A DNA stretch of 58,596 nt from an uncultured Bacilli bacterium. Lineage in GTDB: Bacteria > Bacillota_I > Bacilli_A > RF39 > UBA660. Numbering within the stretch: the stretch's first letter is position 1; each line of letters begins with the position of its first letter. This document shows, piece by piece, positions 43,091 through 50,697 of the stretch. Location: NCBI GenBank assembly GCA_910587775.1, contig CAJUNF010000005.1, positions 1 through 58,596 of the forward strand. The letters are read 5' to 3'. The notes beneath the pieces were generated by a model. That model was not told the DNA's origin. It worked only from the letters and a program-made list of their open reading frames with translations, and made no database searches. Made by a program: the position numbers and the translations under genes.

Positions 43091-43990
43091 TTATGAGGAT
43101 TTCTCATATTGCCAATCAAAGTATTTGATATCTTCTTTGGAAGAGAAAATGGTACGCGATAATACTCTAGCTTTTTGGTTATCTGGTTGTCTATTTTCAT
43201 TTCCGTTTAATTCTTTCCATTTATAATATAAATTCTTCCATTCATTATCGTAAAAACAATATTCGATAATTTTTAATAGTGTGTAAATATTATTTTCTAA
43301 AATAACAGGATTTAAAGAACCGTTTGGACTTCTTAGTTCTACTGTATTTCTAGTTAAAATTTTAAGCATACTTGCATGAGAAAAGTTAAGTAAGCGTGTA
43401 CGATCTAATGCATTCATTTCTTTCACAAAAGCTGTTTCATCGTTTATTTCAAACAATTGATTACGATAATCTAAAGAATTTAAAAAACGTGTAATATTTC
43501 TTGCGTAAACAAAAGCGTTTTTTCTAATTGCTTCTTGTTCTCCAGCAAAGAAGCGATTTAACTCTGGTTCAAAATAAGACATTATTAAAATAAATTTTTT
43601 TAAAGCATTTAAATTATTATGAAAAATTTGAAAATCAACGTGAATATGAGCGGCACAATATTCATTAATATAACCACCATATTTTTTTAAAAACTCACAT
43701 ACAGTATATAATTCATTTAAAAGTTGAGGATTTAGAAGACTAATTGGAGAAATAACTTCTGCTCCTTTTTTATTTTGCATAATACTACTATCATAAGTAA
43801 ATATCCATTTAGAGTAATCAGAACCTTTATGAGATTCATGCTTTGTATCAATTTTATAAGGAAATGGGAAATTCTTAAAATCTCTTTTTAAATATCTTTT
43901 TAGTATTTCAAAACCAGCAACTTCTATTTCAGTTCCTAAAAATATTTTTTTATTTATATTTAAATCACGTCGATAATTTAAATCGTACAT
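43091..43990 (-). CDS. Amidoligase-like protein (glutamine-synthetase-fold carboxylate-amine ligase family, Amidoligase_2-like)
   Basis: 299 aa. Motif series: LGTEIEV (GxExE strand), TYDSSI....GAEVISPI, CAAHIHVD (HxH). AAGGGG SD lies before the ATG. The gene immediately follows the XRE gene. Confidence 0.55.
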   Translation of the reverse strand: MYDLNYRRDLNINKKIFLGTEIEVAGFEILKRYLKRDFKNFPFPYKIDTKHESHKGSDYSKWIFTYDSSIMQNKKGAEVISPISLLNPQLLNELYTVCEFLKKYGGYINEYCAAHIHVDFQIFHNNLNALKKFILIMSYFEPELNRFFAGEQEAIRKNAFVYARNITRFLNSLDYRNQLFEINDETAFVKEMNALDRTRLLNFSHASMLKILTRNTVELRSPNGSLNPVILENNIYTLLKIIEYCFYDNEWKNLYYKWKELNGNENRQPDNQKARVLSRTIFSSKEDIKYFDWQYEKSS

Positions 43991-44020
43991 AAAAAAACCC
44001 CTTTTTTAGGCGTTATAATA

Positions 44021-44260
44021 TCAAATTTTGTCTGAATCGTCAATTTTGGTAATAGAAATAGTTAGTCCAAGGGGCTCTAGTATTTTTAATAAGGTATTTA
44101 ATTGTGGAGAAATTGTACCATTTTCAATTTTCACAAGAGATGGTTGTTGCATATTTAATATGGCACATAATCCACGTTGACTAAAACCATGTTTAATCCT
44201 AGCTAATTTAATTTGTGATAGTATTTCTAATTCTTTTTCTTTTAGAGTAAAGTCTTTCAT
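44021..44260 (-). CDS. XRE-family helix-turn-helix transcriptional regulator
   Basis: The ATG at 44260 (GGTGA SD) gives a 79-aa protein. HTH segment: LARIKHGFSQRGLCAILNMQQPSLVKIENGTISPQLNTLLKILEPLGL. Confidence 0.85.
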   Translation of the reverse strand: MKDFTLKEKELEILSQIKLARIKHGFSQRGLCAILNMQQPSLVKIENGTISPQLNTLLKILEPLGLTISITKIDDSDKI

Positions 44261-44313
44261 TTTATCACCAATTTCATTATAATACATCTTTCTATCTAAA
44301 GATTTAATTTTTT

Positions 44314-44342
44314 TTGCATTTTTGCTTCTCTTTTTTTATAAT
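44314..44342 (+). promoter_or_regulatory. Sigma-A promoter candidate for the plus-strand 268-aa gene (divergent from the XRE gene)
   Basis: TTGCAT (44314-44319), a 17-nt spacer, then TATAAT (44337-44342). AAGAGG SD and ATG at 44364. Confidence 0.55.
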
Positions 44343-44363
44343 ATACGTTTAAGAGGTAATACT

Positions 44364-45170
44364 ATGGAGAAAATGCAAACGGATAACAATCTTTTTGATC
44401 TATTATATAAGATGTATTATCAATTTAATAATGATATAACGGTTTTAGAATTATGTGAATTTTTAAATCATTATCCTTTCATTTTTCATCAAATTGGTAT
44501 TCGAGACAAAATAAATTTAAAGCTATTTTTAATTCAAATATTTGTGATAGAAAAACAAGATCTTTGGAATGCTTATACTAAGTTATCTAAAATGAGATCT
44601 TGCATTTTTCAAATTAATGAAAGTGAAAAGAAAAAGTATCAAGTTTTTTATATTTATTTATCTAATATAGTACAGGAACTACAACAATTTATTTTTTATA
44701 ATGGATATCAAAAAACAAGAGAAGCGATTATATTTGGACTACAAAAGAAGACTAATTTACAACATGCCTTTTTTCTTGATACAACGCACTTGCCATTTGA
44801 TAAATTATGTGGTTTTGATACTTATTTTAATCCAATTCTTTCTTTAGTGTTTGCTCAGGATGAAAATCAAAAAGATTTTTTGCTATATGATGCAATGTGT
44901 AAGGAGATTAGTGATACAAAAGATATTATTATAAAGAAGTGCCGACAAATTTGTAGTATTGAAAGTGACGTCATTCTTAAACAAATGAAAAGGATTATAT
45001 GGAATATTTTAGAACAAGATTATCCGTTTGCTAATATATATTATGAGAGTTATTATATCATCATTTCTAAAATGCTACAAAATATCAAAAAAATGAAAGA
45101 AACTGGAAAAAAAAGAAATCGCACTATTTCTAGTTGCGATTATGATTATTATAGTACGCTATTAGATTAA
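44364..45170 (+). CDS. Hypothetical protein (268 aa, probably all-helical, no recognised family)
   Basis: The ORF track starts at a TTG at 44322. The ATG at 44364 has a good SD (AAGAGGTAATACT). Its stop codon (45168-45170) overlaps the alaS stop (45167-45169) on the other strand. Confidence 0.7.
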   Translation: MEKMQTDNNLFDLLYKMYYQFNNDITVLELCEFLNHYPFIFHQIGIRDKINLKLFLIQIFVIEKQDLWNAYTKLSKMRSCIFQINESEKKKYQVFYIYLSNIVQELQQFIFYNGYQKTREAIIFGLQKKTNLQHAFFLDTTHLPFDKLCGFDTYFNPILSLVFAQDENQKDFLLYDAMCKEISDTKDIIIKKCRQICSIESDVILKQMKRIIWNILEQDYPFANIYYESYYIIISKMLQNIKKMKETGKKRNRTISSCDYDYYSTLLD

Positions 45171-46915
45171 TCTAATATAGCTTTAATTCTTCTAACTCCT
45201 GCACTTGATGCTTCTTCTTTTTTTATCTTGAAATGTCCTAATTCGCTTGTTTTTGTTACATGTGGTCCTCCACATATTTCTTTTGATATATTCCCAATAA
45301 AATAAACATTAACAATATCAGGATATTTTTCAATAAACATAGCTTCAGCTCCTAATTCTAGGGCTTTTTGTTTGCTCATTTCTTCTTTTGTTACAGTTAG
45401 ATCTTCTTTTATCCATTGATTTACTAAGTTTTCTACTTTTTCTTTTTCTTCTTCTGTTAGTTTGTGATCACAGTTAAAATCAAAACGCATACGATCTACT
45501 GTAATGTTACTTCCTTTTTGATGTGTATCAGGACCAATAACAATTTTTAATGCAGCGTTTAGTAAATGAGTTGCTGTATGATATTTGGTTTCTATTTCTC
45601 CATCTCCTGCTAAACCACCTTTAAATTTTCCTGCTGATGCAGTTCTAGATTTTTCTTGGTGATCTAGAAAATGCTTTTTAAATCCTTCTTCATCTACTTT
45701 CATTTTTCTTTCTGTTGCAAGTTCTATTGTAAGTTCAATTGGGAATCCATAAGTATCATAAAGATGAAAAGCATTTAAACCATCTATTTCATTCGTTTTG
45801 GTAACAATTTTTTCAAACTCTTTTAAGCCTTTTTCTAATGTTCGATTAAATTTATTTTTCTCATCTACTAAAATTTTTAAAACATTATTAGCATTTTCTT
45901 TTATTTCAAGGTAATAGTTTTGATATAAAGATATAATTTCTTTTGCAATCTCTTGTTCCCAATTACTATTTATATCAATTCCTAGTTGTTTTGCATAACG
46001 AATAGCACGACGAATTAATCTTCTTAAAATGTAGCCTTGATCTGTGTTACTTGGAACAATACCAGCTGGGTCTGCAGCAATAAAGACACTTGTTCTTATA
46101 TGATCAGCAATAATTCGCATTGCTTTTTCATTTCCTTTGTAAGGAAGAGATGATATCTCTTCTATTTTTTTTATAACTGGAATCCATACTGATGAAGCAT
46201 AATTATCCGTTACGCCTTCTACAACAGCAACAATTCTTTCATAACCCATTCCTGTATCTACGTTTTTCTTTGGAAGCATTTTGATAGTACCATCTGCTTC
46301 ACGATTAAACTCCATAAAAACATTATTCCAAATTTCTACCCAACGATCGTCTTCTTTATCAAACTTTTCTGGAATTTCATCATCACTACGCCAATAAAAT
46401 ATTTCTGTATCAGATCCGCAAGGACCAGTTTCACCTGCTGCCCAAAAGTTATCCTCTACTCCTAAATATGCAATTCTTTCTTTTGGTATTCCATGCATAT
46501 TCCAAAGATTAGCACTTTCTTCATCTCTTGGAATTTGATCATTTCCTTCAAATACAGTAACAGCTAATCGTTCCAATGGAATATTTAAAATACTCGTTAA
46601 AAACTCAAAACTAAAGGCAATACTTTCCTTTTTAAAATAGTCTCCTAAGCTCCAATTTCCTAACATTTCAAAGAAAGTATGATGTGTTTTATCCCCAACT
46701 TCTTCTAAATCAGTTAATCGAACACATTTTTGATAATCACAAAGTCTAGTTCCACTTGGATGTGTTTGACCCATTAAATAAGGAATTAATGGTTGCATGC
46801 CAGCTGTATTAAATAATACAGATGGATCATTTTCTGGAACAATTGGAGCACTAGGAATTTTCGTGTGTCCTTTACTTACAAAATAGTTTATATATAAATC
46901 TTTTAAATTTTTCAT
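45167..46915 (-). CDS. alaS: Alanine--tRNA ligase, short form (582 aa: catalytic + tRNA-recognition domains + minimal AlaX-like editing core; no C-Ala domain)
   Basis: N-terminus FNTAGMQPLIPYLMG, KCVRLTDLEEVGDKTHHTFFEMLGNWSLGDYFK, WAAGETGPCGSDTEIF, DTGMGYERI. Editing motifs HTATHLL (HxxxH) and CGGPHV (CxxxH). The protein ends at GVRRIKAILD. Confidence 0.9.
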   Translation of the reverse strand: MKNLKDLYINYFVSKGHTKIPSAPIVPENDPSVLFNTAGMQPLIPYLMGQTHPSGTRLCDYQKCVRLTDLEEVGDKTHHTFFEMLGNWSLGDYFKKESIAFSFEFLTSILNIPLERLAVTVFEGNDQIPRDEESANLWNMHGIPKERIAYLGVEDNFWAAGETGPCGSDTEIFYWRSDDEIPEKFDKEDDRWVEIWNNVFMEFNREADGTIKMLPKKNVDTGMGYERIVAVVEGVTDNYASSVWIPVIKKIEEISSLPYKGNEKAMRIIADHIRTSVFIAADPAGIVPSNTDQGYILRRLIRRAIRYAKQLGIDINSNWEQEIAKEIISLYQNYYLEIKENANNVLKILVDEKNKFNRTLEKGLKEFEKIVTKTNEIDGLNAFHLYDTYGFPIELTIELATERKMKVDEEGFKKHFLDHQEKSRTASAGKFKGGLAGDGEIETKYHTATHLLNAALKIVIGPDTHQKGSNITVDRMRFDFNCDHKLTEEEKEKVENLVNQWIKEDLTVTKEEMSKQKALELGAEAMFIEKYPDIVNVYFIGNISKEICGGPHVTKTSELGHFKIKKEEASSAGVRRIKAILD

Positions 46916-46932
46916 TTTTATTCCTCCATTTT

Positions 46933-47463
46933 TTATTTTATATCTTCTAGCATCTCGCTCATTTTTTTATTTAGTTCTTTTTTATTATCATTTACAATAA
47001 TAAAATCAAAATCATCATATTGATCTAAGGCATGTTCTGTTTCATGCTCTTGTTCTTCTTTATTTAAATCATAATGACCATGTTCATTTATTACATAAAA
47101 GGAATATACTTCCAAATACTTCTTTTTTAATATTTCGATTTCTTGTGGAAACCGTACATCAGCAATTACAATATTATCAAAAAATTTTTCATAAACTTTG
47201 ATATCTTCTAACATTCTATTTATAAGAAAATCTGGATCATTTAAATTTTTTCGGATAAAAGAACCCATATTTTGTAAAAATTTACGTGGTTTTGGTTCTG
47301 TGTTCCATTCCCAATCAGTCATTTCAGTAGCAAATAATTTAATATATTTACTATATTCTGTAATTACTGTTTTTTCATTTTTTTGATTATAGTAATCTTT
47401 AATGCTTTGTCCTACACTAAATTTTCCACTTCTGGCTTTTCCTGATATTAAAAATATACGCAT
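46933..47463 (-). CDS. P-loop kinase, dNMP-kinase-like (phage T4 gp1-type family)
   Basis: 176 aa. MRIFLISGKARSGKFSV matches the LIFLSGxKRSGK P-loop of T4 dNMP kinase. IVIADVRFPQEIE matches its DxR segment. It is the first gene behind the T-box leader. Confidence 0.5.
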   Translation of the reverse strand: MRIFLISGKARSGKFSVGQSIKDYYNQKNEKTVITEYSKYIKLFATEMTDWEWNTEPKPRKFLQNMGSFIRKNLNDPDFLINRMLEDIKVYEKFFDNIVIADVRFPQEIEILKKKYLEVYSFYVINEHGHYDLNKEEQEHETEHALDQYDDFDFIIVNDNKKELNKKMSEMLEDIK

Positions 47464-47469
47464 TTCTCA

Positions 47470-47640
47470 CTTCCTTTTCCAATAAAAAAGATACCACAAA
47501 TTTTAAGGAGCAATTCTGCGGTACCATCCTTTATATTACTTAATTTTGATAACGGCATGGCCGGTTAATCTCTAAAGGTAGCAATAAAAGAATTTTCTTA
47601 TAAGTTTTCACCAAACACTTACTCTCTAAAAAGAAATAGT
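47470..47640 (-). promoter_or_regulatory. T-box riboswitch leader (candidate Ala specifier GCU) with intrinsic terminator
   Basis: Minus-strand elements: stem I AGAGAGTAAGTG...GGTGAAA (47616-47627); candidate specifier GCT followed by A (47580-47582); T-box sequence AAAGGATGGTACCGCAG (47516-47532); terminator GGTACCGCA/TGTGGTATC (47517-47525 / 47490-47498) followed by TTTTTTATT. The downstream genes include alaS. Confidence 0.8.
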
Positions 47641-47643
47641 TCT

Positions 47644-48813
47644 TTATTTTCCTTCTTCATCGATTAATATGTATTTTTTGTCTTCAAATAAATTATATTT
47701 TTCTACAAAAAATTTAAATACGACTTTCGCTAATGCAATACATGGAGTAGCTAAAATCATTCCTAATATACCAAAGAAATGTTCAAAAATCAATAACCCT
47801 AAAATAATGGTTACTGGATGAAGTTTCATCGTTTTACTCATTACTACAGGTTGCAGAATAAAATTTTCTACTAATTGGACAATTACTGCTACAATGATTG
47901 CCATTATTCCAATTAAATTACTTTGACTAAAACCAATAATTACAGCTGCAGCTCCACCAATATATGGACCAACATAAGGAATTAAATCCGTAAGTCCACA
48001 GAAGAAACCAAATAATAAAGGAGCCTGAAGACCTATTGCAGCAAAACCAATTGAATCACAAGCAAAAACCATTGTTGCAACCAAAAGAGTTCCATTTACG
48101 CATTTTCTTACTTCTGTACTAATATTTGTAATTAAAAGTGATAATTCAAAACGATTTTTCTTAGGGAATAAATGTAACAAATGAGTATTGATTGAATCAA
48201 AATCAAAAAGCATATATAATCCAATAATTAATCCAAATCCAATGGTTAACAGACTTGAAAAGAAATTACCTACAAAATTGATCACAGAAGCGGGCAAGTT
48301 GGTTGTAAAATCTACAAAGAAACTATTCATGGTTTCCATTAAATTTTGTTTTACATTACTTAAATCTATTCCTTTACCTGTGCTGATATTATCAAGTAAG
48401 GTAGTAATGTAATCCTCTACACTTTGAAATATCTCTGGTAAATTATTTAATAGTTCATTTAATTGAGTATAAATTGTTGGTATTAAAATACGAATAAAAA
48501 CAATTAGGAATACAATTAATATTGTATAAAGAAGTAAAGAACTTATTATTCTTGGTATTCCTTTTTGCTCCATTTTTTTTACTAAAGGATTTAGAATCCA
48601 TGCTATTATAAATCCAATAAACAAAGGCGATAAAACTTTTAGTACGCTTAGAACAAAAGAAATAATCCCCCATTCTCTAGCTATAATCGTTATGATCAAA
48701 ATAATTGCTATCATCATTACTACATAAAATAAGTGTAGTATTTTTTTGGATAAGCTTACAACCTCATTTACTTCATTTATATCTAATTTTTCTTTTGGTT
48801 TGCGGAAATTCAT
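47644..48813 (-). CDS. AI-2E family transporter (PerM/UPF0118, YrrI-like)
   Basis: 389 aa, about 8 TM helices. C-terminal motif FFGILGMILATPCIA. AAGGAGG SD. Confidence 0.88.
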   Translation of the reverse strand: MNFRKPKEKLDINEVNEVVSLSKKILHLFYVVMMIAIILIITIIAREWGIISFVLSVLKVLSPLFIGFIIAWILNPLVKKMEQKGIPRIISSLLLYTILIVFLIVFIRILIPTIYTQLNELLNNLPEIFQSVEDYITTLLDNISTGKGIDLSNVKQNLMETMNSFFVDFTTNLPASVINFVGNFFSSLLTIGFGLIIGLYMLFDFDSINTHLLHLFPKKNRFELSLLITNISTEVRKCVNGTLLVATMVFACDSIGFAAIGLQAPLLFGFFCGLTDLIPYVGPYIGGAAAVIIGFSQSNLIGIMAIIVAVIVQLVENFILQPVVMSKTMKLHPVTIILGLLIFEHFFGILGMILATPCIALAKVVFKFFVEKYNLFEDKKYILIDEEGK

Positions 48814-48888
48814 TGTACATCCTCCTTATTTTTATTATACCATTATTAAGAGAAAAAATTGCAAATTTTAAATAAAAAAACAGAATTA

Positions 48889-49815
48889 TTACATTCCGTT
48901 TCCATTATTTCTTGGATAATTTTCAATATCACTTTCTAAACTTGAAAATACAATGTTTGAGTGATTTGTTTCTCCTTGATTCGAATTTAATTTTGGTAGG
49001 TCAATAGTCTTTGGTAATTCAATCTTTGGTTTTGCTGGTGTAGTTTCAGTTACTACTGGTGTAACCTCTTCTGTAATTGGTTTCATTTGTTCTATTGGTT
49101 CTTCATTCTTTTTATTTACAAACACAGAGCTAAATTGAGTTGGACTAGGCATTTTTGGTTTTTCAGTTGGTTCAAACTGTACAATTCTTTCTGGTTCTTC
49201 TTCAATTACAGGTTTCATTTCACTTTGATCAACCATGTTTAATGGATTTAGTTCTTTATCTTCTTTTATAATTGGTTCTACAAAAGAAAGTGGCTCATCT
49301 TCTATAATTGGAGATTTTTCTATATTAATTTTTTCTTCTTGTTCTGTAATGCTTTCTAATTCTTTAGAAATAGAATCTGCCAAAGCATCAAAATCAAAAT
49401 TCATTTTTGGAGGCTCATAATTTTCTTCAACTGGTTGTGTAAATTCTGGAGTTGGAACCTCACTCATTAGATTATCTTCTACTTCTACTAGATTATCTAA
49501 AGAAGGTACTTCATTCATTACAGTATTATTTATTAAAGGAGAATCTTGATGTATTTCTGTTTCCTCTGTAGATGTTGGCCTTTCAAAAATCTTTGGATCA
49601 ATATTTAACTGAACTGTTGGTTGTTCATCTCTAAAGGCATTTTGTGCCAGTGTATTATTTACTTCTAAGCTTTTTGTTTCTGCTAGTTTTCTCTCTTTTT
49701 GGTCCTTTTTTCCAAAAAATAGGACAATTAAAAACGCTAGCACTAAAATGGATATTACTATGAATAAGATAATTCCAAAATTATCATTACTATATAGAGT
49801 ATTTAGAAAATCCAT
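48889..49815 (-). CDS. Hypothetical membrane-anchored protein with acidic Pro/Glu-rich low-complexity ectodomain
   Basis: The ATG at 49815 after GGTGGTGAG is preferred; the ORF-track GTG at 49827 lies in the SD. TM helix FGIILFIVISILVLAFLIVLFF, then about 270 aa rich in E, P and T. Confidence 0.7.
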   Translation of the reverse strand: MDFLNTLYSNDNFGIILFIVISILVLAFLIVLFFGKKDQKERKLAETKSLEVNNTLAQNAFRDEQPTVQLNIDPKIFERPTSTEETEIHQDSPLINNTVMNEVPSLDNLVEVEDNLMSEVPTPEFTQPVEENYEPPKMNFDFDALADSISKELESITEQEEKINIEKSPIIEDEPLSFVEPIIKEDKELNPLNMVDQSEMKPVIEEEPERIVQFEPTEKPKMPSPTQFSSVFVNKKNEEPIEQMKPITEEVTPVVTETTPAKPKIELPKTIDLPKLNSNQGETNHSNIVFSSLESDIENYPRNNGNGM

Positions 49816-49949
49816 TTTACTCACCACCTTTTTTATTCTATTGATAGAATATCATAAAATTCTTGTGAAAGTCAATAGGAGTACTTCTAACTTTCATTTC
49901 TTTTCTAGGAATCATATTTTTTCCAAAAAAAACATCTAATATTTTCTTA

Positions 49950-50159
49950 TTACATGTTTTTTGTCATTTGATTCATTACTTGTCTAACTTGTTTTTGACT
50001 TGGCTTTCTTCCCATACTCGTCATCATTGCTTCAATCATTTTTTCATTGATTGGCGGATTTTTTTTCATATATTTTTTCGTAACAGTTCGTGCTATTAGA
50101 AAACCAATTACTGCACCTATGACAAGCCCTAATAAAACTAATAAAATGTCTCCTATCAT
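49950..50159 (-). CDS. yneF: UPF0154 family membrane protein YneF
   Basis: 69 aa. Motif: LLVLLGLVIGAVIGFLIAR...NPPINEKMIEAMMTSMGRKPSQKQVRQVM. Confidence 0.85.
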   Translation of the reverse strand: MIGDILLVLLGLVIGAVIGFLIARTVTKKYMKKNPPINEKMIEAMMTSMGRKPSQKQVRQVMNQMTKNM

Positions 50160-50209
50160 AAAGCCTCCTTAGTTCTTTTATTGTACTAAAACTTTTTTAT
50201 AAACTCAAG

Positions 50210-50626
50210 TTATAATGCTATTTTTTCAAGCCAAAAGTAGTCTTTGTTTTCAAAATCACAAAAAAATAAATTATTTTCTTTTTCTAATTCTTTTAAAAAT
50301 GTAGGTCTTGGAACAGAACTTTCTAATTCTAAATATGTTTTATTTACAATTAATTTTGTTTGCTCACTACGATATACATCACAAATTTGATGAACATTAC
50401 GGTATTTTGTATAAAAATAATTTTCTTTATACTTTTTAAAAAGAGCCACATCAATTTGCTTTGGATTTAGTTTTTCAATAATTCTTTCAAATAAATCTAT
50501 TCCTAATTCTAAATCATTTTTATCTACATAATAAATTTGTTCCAGAGTACGGTATAAATGATGTGGATTTTTTTTAGTTAAAATGGCAAATTCTTCTTTT
50601 ATTTTAAAAATAAAAAATTGTCTCAT
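50210..50626 (-). CDS. Sporulation inhibitor of replication SirA-like protein (YneE family)
   Basis: 138 aa from the ATG at 50626. FFIFKIKEEFAILT resembles the B. subtilis SirA N-terminus (YTYLIKEEFANHY). The position between tkt and yneF matches B. subtilis yneE. Confidence 0.55.
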   Translation of the reverse strand: MRQFFIFKIKEEFAILTKKNPHHLYRTLEQIYYVDKNDLELGIDLFERIIEKLNPKQIDVALFKKYKENYFYTKYRNVHQICDVYRSEQTKLIVNKTYLELESSVPRPTFLKELEKENNLFFCDFENKDYFWLEKIAL

Positions 50627-50674
50627 AAACTTCACCCACTGTTACTTTAACAGATGAAGAAAGAAAAAAATGTC

Positions 50675-50697
50675 GAAAAAAAAGAGATGACTCTCTT
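50675..50697 (-). terminator. Weak Rho-independent terminator candidate after the transketolase-like gene
   Basis: Minus strand AAGAGA-gtca-TCTCTT (6-bp stem) abutting the stop, followed by TTTTTTCG. Confidence 0.4.

Noticed and set aside
48455-48673. 72-aa minus-strand ORF inside the AI-2E transporter gene
   Set aside because: It is an out-of-frame overlap within a well-supported 389-aa membrane protein gene, and has no SD.
49839-49854. 7-bp inverted repeat ATTCTAT-tg-ATAGAAT upstream of the acidic membrane-protein gene
   Set aside because: It is short and AT-only and so is expected by chance in this composition. No associated regulator or convincing promoter was found.
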